Shown here piece by piece: positions 1 to 8,790 of a DNA stretch of 64,000 bases; position 1 is the stretch's first letter; each line of letters begins with the position of its first letter. Position numbers and translations under genes: made by a program. The notes beneath the pieces were generated by a model, which saw only the letters and a list, made by a program, of their open reading frames with translations, was not told where the DNA came from and made no database searches. Source of the stretch: Deinococcales bacterium (GTDB taxonomy: Bacteria; Deinococcota; Deinococci; Deinococcales; JAAFIG01); contig JANNVX010000098.1 in NCBI GenBank assembly GCA_031414595.1, positions 1 through 64,000 of the forward strand, in the 5' to 3' direction.

Positions 1-546
1 GTGGTACTTGGTTGGGTTTTTTAAGAAATCCACGACTTCGGATAATTCTTCTTTGGCTTCATCGCAACCCGCGACTTCTTTGAAGGTGGTGCTTGGTTTT
101 TCGACTTGTTTAGCTCGAGACTTGCCAAAGCTCATTGCTCCGTCAGACCCGCCACGCATTCCGCGAATCATAAACCACAAAAACACCCCTAAAATCAGAA
201 TCGGCACGATGTTTAATAAAATCGCCAACCAACCCAGATTGCCAATTTCTCGCACTGTGACTTCGGGAATACCCTGTTCGACCAAATAACTGGGTTTTGC
301 CCAATTGTCTTCGGAGGTGGTACTGGTGCGGCTCTTTTTGCCATCACGCAAGGTGTACTCGAGTTCGATTAAATTGTTGCTGGCGCGTCCAATCACCACA
401 CTGCTGACGGCTTTGGCTTTAACACTGGCAGCAAAAACACTGATTTCGGGGTCAGCCGCCGATGTGTTTGAACGCAAATTAACACTGATAAGCAACACCA
501 GTGCCAAAGCGATCAACAACACAACCCAAATGTTCGGGCGTTTCAT
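1..546 (-). CDS. ftsH: ATP-dependent zinc metalloprotease FtsH, N-terminal part (runs off window start)
   Basis: Manual translation from ATG at 546: MKRPNIWVVLL..., two TM segments, then AMSFGKSRAK...TTFKEVAGCDEAKEELSEVVDFLKNP, the FtsH AAA-domain entry. TATGCT lies 7 nt upstream of the ATG. Confidence 0.93.
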   Translation of the reverse strand, partial: MKRPNIWVVLLIALALVLLISVNLRSNTSAADPEISVFAASVKAKAVSSVVIGRASNNLIELEYTLRDGKKSRTSTTSEDNWAKPSYLVEQGIPEVTVREIGNLGWLAILLNIVPILILGVFLWFMIRGMRGGSDGAMSFGKSRAKQVEKPSTTFKEVAGCDEAKEELSEVVDFLKNPTKYH

Positions 547-608
547 AGCCCTTAGCATACTGCTTGCGGTGAGGTGCGGATGTACATGAAGCACCCAAAG
601 ATAGTTAC

Positions 609-674
609 TGGCTCGAGTACAATTCAATCATTGGCTCGAGGTACAATACAAGACTTGGCTCGAGTACAATACAA
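609..674 (+). repeat. Three imperfect tandem copies (23-24 bp period) of TGGCTCGAG(G)TACAAT(T/A)CAA
   Basis: Copies start at 609, 632 and 656. Each contains CTCGAG and a TACAAT -10 box; the last box is 7 nt before ATG 678. Confidence 0.9.
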
Positions 675-677
675 TCC

Positions 678-2108
678 ATGAAAACCCGTTCATTGTTTCC
701 AGCCAATTTCTTATGGGGTACGGCAACGGCTGCTTATCAAATCGAAGGGGCAGCTTTTGAAGATGGTAAAGGCATTTCGATTTGGGATACCTTTGCCCAC
801 CGTAAAAATAAGGTTTTGAATAACGATACTGCTGATGTTGCTTGCGACCATTACCATCTTTACCGCGACGATGTGCGCCTGATGCAGCAACTTGGTGCAA
901 ATGCTTACCGTTTTAGTGTCGCTTGGTCTCGAGTTCAACCCGAAGGTAAGGGTAAGCCCAACCAGAAAGGACTTGAATTTTACGATAAACTTATAGACAG
1001 GTTACTCGAGGCTGGAATTGCGCCGTGGCTGACGCTATACCATTGGGATTTACCGCAAGCCTTAGAAGATAAACGCGATACCAACGGACATGGCGGTTGG
1101 GCAAATCGGGACACGACGTTGCGCTTTGCCGAGTATGCCCTTCTTATCTCGAGCCAATTTGGTTCTCGAGTTTCCGGCATCATGACCTTAAACGAACCGC
1201 TTGTCTTTACAATGCTTGGGCATGTGACAGGTCAGCACGCCCCCGGACACACCGACCTCAGTTTGGCATTTCGCGTGGCGCACCATGCGCTGGTGGCACA
1301 TGGTCTGGCTGTCCGTGCAATCCGTGAAGCCAGCAACACCCCTGTTGGCATTGCCTTATCCATGAGTTACATAGAAGCGGCGACTGACTCGAGCGCCGAC
1401 CAGTTTGCGGCGCAGTCTTTGGATGCCCTGATGAACCGACTTTTTGCCGACCCGATTTTTGGTAAATCCTATCCTTCAGAACTCGAGATGTTTCTACCAG
1501 CCTTGCCCGAAGGTTTCCAAGATGATTTACCCAGCATTGCCCAACCAATAGACTTTCTGGGCATCAATTATTACCAGCGACAGGTGGTTCGCGCTCCAAA
1601 AAGTAATACTCCAGCCGAAGGTATCACGGCTTTACTCCAATTTGCGGGAATGCCTGTGGAAATTATTCCCGACCACGCCAGAGGCAACCCTGTGACTGGT
1701 TTTGGCTGGGAAGTCTACCCAAAAGGCTTATACCGACAACTCGAGAAAGTTCATTTGGATTACGCACCAAAACGCATTTTTATCACCGAGAATGGCTCGA
1801 GCTACCCCGATGTCATGCAGGAAAATGGCACAGTCCACGACCCCGAACGCACCCATTACTTACAAGCTCACCTGCTCGAGTGCGCCAAGTTAATCCAAAG
1901 CGGCGTACCCTTGCATGGCTATTTTTACTGGTCTCTGATGGATAATTTTGAATGGGCAGAAGGGTTTGAAAAACGCTTTGGTTTGTACCATGTGGATTTT
2001 GCCACCCAAAAACGCAGCTTAAAGAGCAGTGGTGCATGGTACAGAGACTTTATTGCTGGCATCCACGAAATCCCAGACTCTGGGCAAGCTGACGATGATT
2101 GTATTTAG
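678..2108 (+). CDS. GH1 family beta-glucosidase
   Basis: FLWGTATAAYQIEGA N-terminal signature, TLNEP acid/base motif, ITENG nucleophile motif, WSLMDNFEW. Confidence 0.95.
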   Translation: MKTRSLFPANFLWGTATAAYQIEGAAFEDGKGISIWDTFAHRKNKVLNNDTADVACDHYHLYRDDVRLMQQLGANAYRFSVAWSRVQPEGKGKPNQKGLEFYDKLIDRLLEAGIAPWLTLYHWDLPQALEDKRDTNGHGGWANRDTTLRFAEYALLISSQFGSRVSGIMTLNEPLVFTMLGHVTGQHAPGHTDLSLAFRVAHHALVAHGLAVRAIREASNTPVGIALSMSYIEAATDSSADQFAAQSLDALMNRLFADPIFGKSYPSELEMFLPALPEGFQDDLPSIAQPIDFLGINYYQRQVVRAPKSNTPAEGITALLQFAGMPVEIIPDHARGNPVTGFGWEVYPKGLYRQLEKVHLDYAPKRIFITENGSSYPDVMQENGTVHDPERTHYLQAHLLECAKLIQSGVPLHGYFYWSLMDNFEWAEGFEKRFGLYHVDFATQKRSLKSSGAWYRDFIAGIHEIPDSGQADDDCI

Positions 2109-2262
2109 TTGTGCTACTCGAGGTGACAACACACAAATAAAGAAATCGTTGCTCTTGGCGCTTTCTTAGGTTTATGCTGTCTAAGACTGATTATTTTCAG
2201 GTTAAATAGCCAAATGTCTCTTTAGTAACTGCAAACAAAACCTATCCCTAGAAGAATGGCAA

Positions 2263-2379
2263 AGTTATTGAGGGAGTAGCCACCTCGCGTCTTCGGGGTT
2301 TGCGTGGTCGTCATTACGAACCGCTGTTTTCTTGGGGAAAACACGTTCCGGCGCGCATAAAAGAGCGAGACTCATAAGG
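2263..2379 (+). ncRNA. yybP-ykoY manganese riboswitch
   Basis: Conserved blocks GGGAGTAGC (2272), GTCATTACG and GCGAGAC, with terminal pairing TTATTGAG/CTCATAA, directly upstream of a TerC/Alx gene (its typical context). Confidence 0.85.
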
Positions 2380-2393
2380 AAAAGGGGTTTCTT

Positions 2394-3392
2394 ATGGAAA
2401 ACGCTATTGCCAATATTGTTGTGCCACTCTGGGTTTGGGTGGCGTTTTTAGCTGGTGTGCTGGCGGTGCTGGCACTTGATTTAGGGGTTTTTAATCGTCA
2501 AGCCCACGTGGTGACAGCTAAAGAAGCTGCCATCTGGACAACTGTTTGGGTGACACTGGGTTTAGCCTTTGCGGCGGTTATTTTTGTCTGGCAAGGACAA
2601 CAAAAAGGCTTTGAATGGCTGACTGGTTATGTGGTCGAGTACAGCCTAGCGGTGGATAACATCTTTGTTTTTGTGTTGGTTTTTGGTTATTTCAAAGTCC
2701 CGCCGCAGTACCGTCACCGTGTCTTGTTCTGGGGCATTTTAGGGGCGCTGATTATGCGTGGCGCAATGATTGGCTTAGGTTCTGCCCTGATTAAAGAATT
2801 CCACTGGATTTTAATTGTCTTTGGTGTTTTTTTGCTTTACACGGGTATTAAAATGCTAACTCAAAAAGAATCAGAAGCCCATGTGGATATGGACAAAAAC
2901 CCCGCCATTAAACTCGCCAAGCGCTTCTTCAAGGTTTCTGACTCTTACGATGGACAAAAATTCTTTACCGTGCAGAATGGGGTTCGGATGGCAACCCCAC
3001 TGTTTTTGGTACTGGTCTTTATCGAATTCACCGACCTGATTTTTGCAGTGGATAGCATCCCTGCGATTTTTGCGATCACCACCGACCCATTTATTGTCTT
3101 CACCAGTAATGTTATGGCAATTCTAGGCTTACGCAGCTTGTACTTCTTGCTTGCCGATGTCGTGGACAGATTTGTGTACTTAAAAACTGGTTTGGCTGTT
3201 ATTCTCAGCTTCGTGGGCGTGAAACTGCTGATGCCGGATGTTTCTAAATGGATTCTTGGCGAAAGCATTAAAATCCCCACCGCCGTATCACTTGGAGTCA
3301 TCGTCAGTATTCTTGCCATCAGTGTGATTGCCAGTTTAATCAAAACCGCCAAACGCCCAGAAGACTTTGAGAAAAAACCTGATGTAACTTAA
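2394..3392 (+). CDS. TerC/Alx family Mn-homeostasis membrane protein
   Basis: GYVVEYSLAVDNIFVF, RHRVLFWGILGALIMR, DLIFAVDSIPAIFAIT and ILGLRSLYFLL motifs. Confidence 0.95.
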   Translation: MENAIANIVVPLWVWVAFLAGVLAVLALDLGVFNRQAHVVTAKEAAIWTTVWVTLGLAFAAVIFVWQGQQKGFEWLTGYVVEYSLAVDNIFVFVLVFGYFKVPPQYRHRVLFWGILGALIMRGAMIGLGSALIKEFHWILIVFGVFLLYTGIKMLTQKESEAHVDMDKNPAIKLAKRFFKVSDSYDGQKFFTVQNGVRMATPLFLVLVFIEFTDLIFAVDSIPAIFAITTDPFIVFTSNVMAILGLRSLYFLLADVVDRFVYLKTGLAVILSFVGVKLLMPDVSKWILGESIKIPTAVSLGVIVSILAISVIASLIKTAKRPEDFEKKPDVT

Positions 3393-3417
3393 ATTGTCGC
3401 GCCGTAAAATAAAGCCA

Positions 3418-5115
3418 ATGAAACGATTTCTTGCTTTGTTGGCCCTGACCTCGAGTGCCTATGCCACACCGATTTTGCTAAATGACTTACCACTTGACCC
3501 GCCGCTTGAAACTCGAGCCGATTTATTCAAGTCTGATAACCCACTGGATGAATATGTGCCTCTCAGTCTCCTCGAGCGTTTTGGGGTGGTGGTTGCCACC
3601 TCGAGTCTGGATGGGAAATTGCGAATGCAAACCCTAGAAACACTCGAGACTGAAGAAACAAGTCTTAAATCTCAACTCGAATGGCAGCCCGAAAAAGGTT
3701 GGGTGGATTTAAGCGGCGAAGTGCTTAAGGGTTGGAATGCTCCTATTCTCAAGGAAAACACGGTTTTTGTACCGATTAAATGCTTACAGCCACTTGGTTT
3801 TGTGCTTAATGTCCTCGAGACGGGGATTCAAATTCGCAGCGAAAGTAATTCTTTACCCGCTATGGGCTTAAATCAGATTCTCGAGATAAAAAGCTCTAAA
3901 GGACGTTCTAGCCGTGTGACCCTAGCTTTAGCGCGAAATGCCGAATTTTTTGTCTTGGAGAAAACCGCTTCTAAATTCCGTGTAAAACTCTTGAACACAG
4001 CCACCCAACCACGTTTTCAAGCGGTCGGTTCGGAGAGTTTGTCTCGAGTTCGGGTCTTAAAAAGCGGCAACGATGCGCTTTTAGAAGCCGAAATTCCCAG
4101 TAACTCGAGGCTCGAGGTCAGTGCCAATGGCAAAGAATTGTATGTGGATAGTTCGGATTTAGCGTCCCCGATTCCTTTGGTCGGTACAGTGCCTAGTGGC
4201 GTGACCTACAACATCATTCCCGTTGGGTCAAGCAAACTGCATTTGGTACGGCTAGACCCCAGTAAGTACCGCCCCGAGGTGCTGACTGCCCCGTGGGGTG
4301 GGGCAAAACCCCTGCTCGAGTTTGCAAATGGGGCGGTTGCTGCCGTCAATGGTGGTTACTTTGACCCTGCCAGTATGCAGGCAGTGGATTTACTGTTTAA
4401 TGGCTCACTCCAAGCCTACTCCAGAGGCAACCGTGCCACAATTGGGTTTTTGGACAGCAGCACAATTTTTGGAATTCCCAAAGCCAGAATGATTCTAACT
4501 TTAGGCACAACTGTTGCCAATATCAATCAGATTCGCCCTACGCCGCACCCGCAGAATTTAACTTTTTTTATGGGCGATGGTTTTGTTCCTGTGGGTGGTT
4601 TGGGATACACCACGTTTATTGTTGCCAACGGCAAAATTCTCGAGCGGCACGATCAGGCGCTTATCCCCAAAGTTGGGCAATTCAGTGTCACCTTTAATCC
4701 AAAAAACAATCCAAGTTTTGAACGAAAAACTGGCGACTCAGCCACACTTGGTTTAACTTGGGGCGACCCAACTTGGGAAAATGTGACTGGCGCATTGGCG
4801 GCTGGACCGCGTTTAATTGCGGCTGGGGCTTTTGCGGTGAGTCCTCAAGCCGAGGGGTTTGACGCAAGTGGCGAAATTTGGCGACCCACTCGCCAAATTG
4901 GAATCGGCATAGATAACCAAAATAATTATGTGTTAGCCATGCTTGAGTTTGCATCACCCGAAGATTTTGCCAAGGCGTTACTGGCACAAGGCTTGCGAGA
5001 AGCCATTCGTTTAGACAGTGGCACAAGCGCTCAGATGGTCTTGGCTGGTGGTGCAGTCGGTGGGCGTATCGGACGAGCCGTGCCGAATGCCATCGTCTTT
5101 AAGGCTCGAGAATAA
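3418..5115 (+). CDS. Secreted phosphodiester glycosidase (NAGPA-like) family protein
   Basis: Signal peptide MKRFLALLALTSSAYA; VNGGYF, ALAAGPRLI, PTRQIGIG and AIRLDSGTS motifs. Start moved to ATG 3418 because TAAAAT lies 7 nt upstream. Confidence 0.75.
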   Translation: MKRFLALLALTSSAYATPILLNDLPLDPPLETRADLFKSDNPLDEYVPLSLLERFGVVVATSSLDGKLRMQTLETLETEETSLKSQLEWQPEKGWVDLSGEVLKGWNAPILKENTVFVPIKCLQPLGFVLNVLETGIQIRSESNSLPAMGLNQILEIKSSKGRSSRVTLALARNAEFFVLEKTASKFRVKLLNTATQPRFQAVGSESLSRVRVLKSGNDALLEAEIPSNSRLEVSANGKELYVDSSDLASPIPLVGTVPSGVTYNIIPVGSSKLHLVRLDPSKYRPEVLTAPWGGAKPLLEFANGAVAAVNGGYFDPASMQAVDLLFNGSLQAYSRGNRATIGFLDSSTIFGIPKARMILTLGTTVANINQIRPTPHPQNLTFFMGDGFVPVGGLGYTTFIVANGKILERHDQALIPKVGQFSVTFNPKNNPSFERKTGDSATLGLTWGDPTWENVTGALAAGPRLIAAGAFAVSPQAEGFDASGEIWRPTRQIGIGIDNQNNYVLAMLEFASPEDFAKALLAQGLREAIRLDSGTSAQMVLAGGAVGGRIGRAVPNAIVFKARE

Positions 5116-5125
5116 ACGGTTTATG

Positions 5126-5153
5126 TCTCGAGGTTAGAAGCCTAACCTCGAGA
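5126..5153. repeat. Perfect 12-bp inverted repeat TCTCGAGGTTAG-aagc-CTAACCTCGAGA
   Basis: Read directly. It lies just after the NAGPA-like stop, at the left edge of the AT-rich module. Confidence 0.85.
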
Positions 5154-5306
5154 ACCAATCTATTTGGTGATTGGGAAAAGCCAAACAAGATACCACTGCG
5201 AATTCGGGATGTTGACAGTGGTGCGGATGGCTTTTTGTATGTTCTGACCGATGAAAGTAATGAGTAATTGCTGCGTTTGACACCTTAATTCTCGAGCTAC
5301 TGCGCT

Positions 5307-5975
5307 GTGATGGATACAAGACTCATTGAAAATTTGGATTTCTCAAAATCTTGTAAGATACACGCAATTATGGATAACCAAGGTTCAATTTCTCCAATTG
5401 CATTAGATGAACGAATTCTTGGTTTCCTCGAGCTTTTAGAAAAACCTCAAAAGGATTCAACGAGTTTACTTCGCACTCGAGTTTCTGGTTTTGAACGAGC
5501 CGAACAATTAGCCCTTCAGATAGCACGCAAACACAGTTTTCAAGAAGGTTTACAGGAGTTACTAGAAGCCTTACAAATTTCACGGCATCCAAAAACCCAA
5601 AAAGCATTGCACGACTTACTGCACGAAAATATTACCCCATCAGAACTGAGTTTGGTTTTGGAGCTCAGAACAATTTGGAGAGAATATCCTGAGTTTAGTG
5701 TCGCTATTGCCAGTGTTTTTAGTACAGGCTCAGCCCGACGAGAGCATCTTTCATATCGTTTGGCGCTTCGCTTGATACGCCATTTTTCGTATTTTCCTAG
5801 TTGCGATGATGTTATTTTTTTAGTTCAAGATTCGCTCCAGCTTTGGCGTGATGATGAAGATTTACTGCGTAGATTTAAGGTGTTTCAGGATTACTTATCG
5901 TTTTCGGTCGCTAACCCAGAATTACTGACGCTTGAACTCGAGGTTATGAAAAGCCAAGGACAAAACCATGACTGA
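5307..5975 (+). CDS. Hypothetical helical protein coupled to the SNF2-like gene
   Basis: 222-aa ORF whose end overlaps the ATG at 5968. No family recognised. Confidence 0.7.
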   Translation: MMDTRLIENLDFSKSCKIHAIMDNQGSISPIALDERILGFLELLEKPQKDSTSLLRTRVSGFERAEQLALQIARKHSFQEGLQELLEALQISRHPKTQKALHDLLHENITPSELSLVLELRTIWREYPEFSVAIASVFSTGSARREHLSYRLALRLIRHFSYFPSCDDVIFLVQDSLQLWRDDEDLLRRFKVFQDYLSFSVANPELLTLELEVMKSQGQNHD

Positions 5976-8790
5976 AACAACTTTTGATGCTGGAAGACCT
6001 TATGCTCCTATACCTGGCGCTCCTGTTTGCGAAAAAATCTCTGGAAATACAGGTTTCGTAGAATCCACACGCATGACTGAACAAGGTATTCAGGTGCGTG
6101 TTATTTGGGGGCAAAAACAGTCAGAATCTTGGCATAGACTTGATGCCTTAAAAAGTGCGCTTCAAATAGGCAACGAAGTTCGTGAAGTACCATACTTGAG
6201 TAATAGTGTACCAATGGGTTTAGGCACGGTTATTGCAAGCCGTGATTTAGGTGGTACTCAACAATTTTTAGTTGAGTTTTGGCAACGAAATGAGCGCCTT
6301 TGGCTACCTTGGCAAAATCTACGTTTTTTTAACAGTGCAAGCCAACGATTCAAAACCCAACAAATGGCAGCTTCCGATAACACTGAGCGTTTTAGACTAC
6401 GCGCCCTCTCTCATGCCTTGGAACAATGGAATTTAAGTACCGGTGCATTAGAAACAATGGATATTGACCCACTGCCACACCAACTATATTTAGTGGATCG
6501 GATACTCTCGAGTGGAAACCTAAACTGGATGATCGCTGATGACGTGGGTCTAGGTAAAACGATAGAAGTCGGTTTACTGATTTCTGCCTTAAAACGACGA
6601 GGTATGAAACGATTTTTATTGGTCGTTCCAGCAGGACTTACCCCACAATGGAAAGAAGAAATGCGAGAACGTTTTGGCTTGGATGATTTCCTAATTTATG
6701 GGCGTGATTTCAAAACCGAAAGAAGCGAAGATTGGCGAAGATACGATGCCGTTATTGCCAGTATGGATCGCTTAAAATCCGAATCTCATCTCGAGAATAT
6801 TCTAAAAGCAGCGCCATGGGATGTGATTATTTTTGATGAAGCCCATAGGTTAACTCGTTCTCAGTATGGTGAAAAATTCTCGAGCAGTGAGCGTTTTCGA
6901 CTTGCTGCCAGTTTACGCCCTAGAACCGATGCAATGCTGCTTTTAACAGGCACACCACATCAGGGGAAACAAGATCGTTTTACAGCACTACTTGAACTTT
7001 TACGTCCGAAGGAACAACAAGCCATCAGGCGCATCAGTATTGCCCCTGAATTTTTGAGAAACATCATTATTCGCAATCGAAAAGCCGATGTGACTGATGC
7101 CGATGGAAATTTTGTTTTCAAAGGAAAAGTCACTCGTACTATTGCTGTCCCAAGCAGTGATTTAGAACGTCAGTTTGACGAGCAGCTACGGCACTATTTA
7201 CTCGAGGGTTACAACGCAGGACGACAAGGTGGCAATTTAGGGCGTGCCATTGGCTTTGTAATGACCATTTACCGCAAACTAGCTGCATCGAGCTTATATG
7301 CTATTTTGACTGCCCTCAAGAAACGGCGTGAACGTTTACTGCAAGAATCTAAGGAAGTCTCGACCGAAGATGATGAAGGTGATATGCGTTTTGAAGGCGA
7401 ACAAGACGAACGCCAAGCACAATTTTCCCCAGCCAAAGCCTTTTTCGATGGTGAGTTGGCACGGCTTGATGTCTTAATCTCTTTAGGGAACGCGCTTTTG
7501 CCGTTAGATTCAAGACTACGATTATTTATGGAAACCATGTTGAAATCGGTTTTGACAAAAAATCCAGACCGACGAGTTCTGATTTTCTCGGAATACAAAA
7601 CAACTCAGCAATATCTCGAGAAGGCTTTAGCTGCCCAATTTGGTTTGGATAAAGTACATACCATTCATGGCGGTAAAACCATTGACCAGCGCCGCGAAGC
7701 AATGCAGCTTTTCGAGGAACAAGGACAATTTCTTGTTTCTACCGAAGCTGGCGGCGAAGGCTTAAATTTGCAGCGTCGCTGTCATACCATGATTAACTTT
7801 GATTTACCTTGGAATCCAATGCGTTTAGTGCAAAGGGTAGGGCGTTTATACCGTTATGGTCAGCAACAAACCGTTTTGGTTTTTAATATGCAAAGTCCGC
7901 ACAGTTTAGATGATGAAATTCTAGGCATGATGTATGAACGATTATTCGCCGTTGCAAAAGACATGGTGACTGTCGGCGACGAGTTCCGACGAGAACAATT
8001 AGAAGATGATATTTTGGGCGAATTATGCGAAGCCCTCGAAATCGAAACCATACTCGAGGATGCCTTACAGCATGATATTCAACGTAGCCAAGAGCGCATA
8101 GATGAAGCGCTTAGAAAAGCTAAAGAAGGCGCAGGACTACAACGCGATTTACTCAAATACGCTTCTCGTTATGACCACACTTTAGACAGTGATAGATTAC
8201 AATTAACCTCTAAACACCTTAAAGCCTTTACTGAAGGGATGTTCAAAGCTCTCGAGTATCAATTTGAAGTGGTGGACAAAGGACGCAGTTGGCTACTAAG
8301 TTTATCACCAGAAGATGCCCGAAAATTGGGATTAAAAACTAAGACTCGAGTCACGACCGAGCGAGAGGTTAAAGCACTAAAGCCAGAAGCTCATTTGCTC
8401 GATGCACAAAGCTCATTACTTAAATTTCTATTGGAAGAGGCTCGAGATATAAAATTTGGCGGATTGGTTGCCAATGTTGCTGGCTTACCTAACCAAGCTG
8501 TCATCAATGCTTTGGTACGCTGGCAGAATGAGCGGGGTGTCTTAATGCGCCAAGAATATACTGCCCTATGTGTTTCAGAAGATGGCACAGTTCAAATTAA
8601 CCCACCAGAATTTAAGGCATGGCTGCTCGAGCCAAAAGCAGGAAGTGCAAAACTACACCAGCAAAGCACAGTCCTTTTGGAAATTGCACAAAAAACCTTA
8701 GATAGCAGGTTGCAAGACCTGAGTCAAGGCGATTTATACCCTTCAGGACGTTGGATTTTTAGTGCAGCATGGATAGACGATTCAATCTAA
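5968..8790 (+). CDS. SNF2/RapA-like SF2 helicase-ATPase
   Basis: [18 protein letters not shown] (Walker A), IIFDEAH (DEAH box), [19 protein letters not shown] and [21 protein letters not shown]. Confidence 0.93.
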   Translation: MTETTFDAGRPYAPIPGAPVCEKISGNTGFVESTRMTEQGIQVRVIWGQKQSESWHRLDALKSALQIGNEVREVPYLSNSVPMGLGTVIASRDLGGTQQFLVEFWQRNERLWLPWQNLRFFNSASQRFKTQQMAASDNTERFRLRALSHALEQWNLSTGALETMDIDPLPHQLYLVDRILSSGNLNWMIADDVGLGKTIEVGLLISALKRRGMKRFLLVVPAGLTPQWKEEMRERFGLDDFLIYGRDFKTERSEDWRRYDAVIASMDRLKSESHLENILKAAPWDVIIFDEAHRLTRSQYGEKFSSSERFRLAASLRPRTDAMLLLTGTPHQGKQDRFTALLELLRPKEQQAIRRISIAPEFLRNIIIRNRKADVTDADGNFVFKGKVTRTIAVPSSDLERQFDEQLRHYLLEGYNAGRQGGNLGRAIGFVMTIYRKLAASSLYAILTALKKRRERLLQESKEVSTEDDEGDMRFEGEQDERQAQFSPAKAFFDGELARLDVLISLGNALLPLDSRLRLFMETMLKSVLTKNPDRRVLIFSEYKTTQQYLEKALAAQFGLDKVHTIHGGKTIDQRREAMQLFEEQGQFLVSTEAGGEGLNLQRRCHTMINFDLPWNPMRLVQRVGRLYRYGQQQTVLVFNMQSPHSLDDEILGMMYERLFAVAKDMVTVGDEFRREQLEDDILGELCEALEIETILEDALQHDIQRSQERIDEALRKAKEGAGLQRDLLKYASRYDHTLDSDRLQLTSKHLKAFTEGMFKALEYQFEVVDKGRSWLLSLSPEDARKLGLKTKTRVTTEREVKALKPEAHLLDAQSSLLKFLLEEARDIKFGGLVANVAGLPNQAVINALVRWQNERGVLMRQEYTALCVSEDGTVQINPPEFKAWLLEPKAGSAKLHQQSTVLLEIAQKTLDSRLQDLSQGDLYPSGRWIFSAAWIDDSI

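Noticed and set aside
8-589. Plus-strand ORFs 8-289 and 305-589
   Set aside because: They are antisense shadows of ftsH.
609-674. Possible mini CRISPR array
   Set aside because: The units are directly tandem with only 4-5 variable nt, so there are no spacers, and no cas genes are in the window.
5968-8790. Calling the SNF2 gene part of DISARM or BREX
   Set aside because: No adjacent methylase, DrmA/B/C, PglZ or BrxC-like genes are present.
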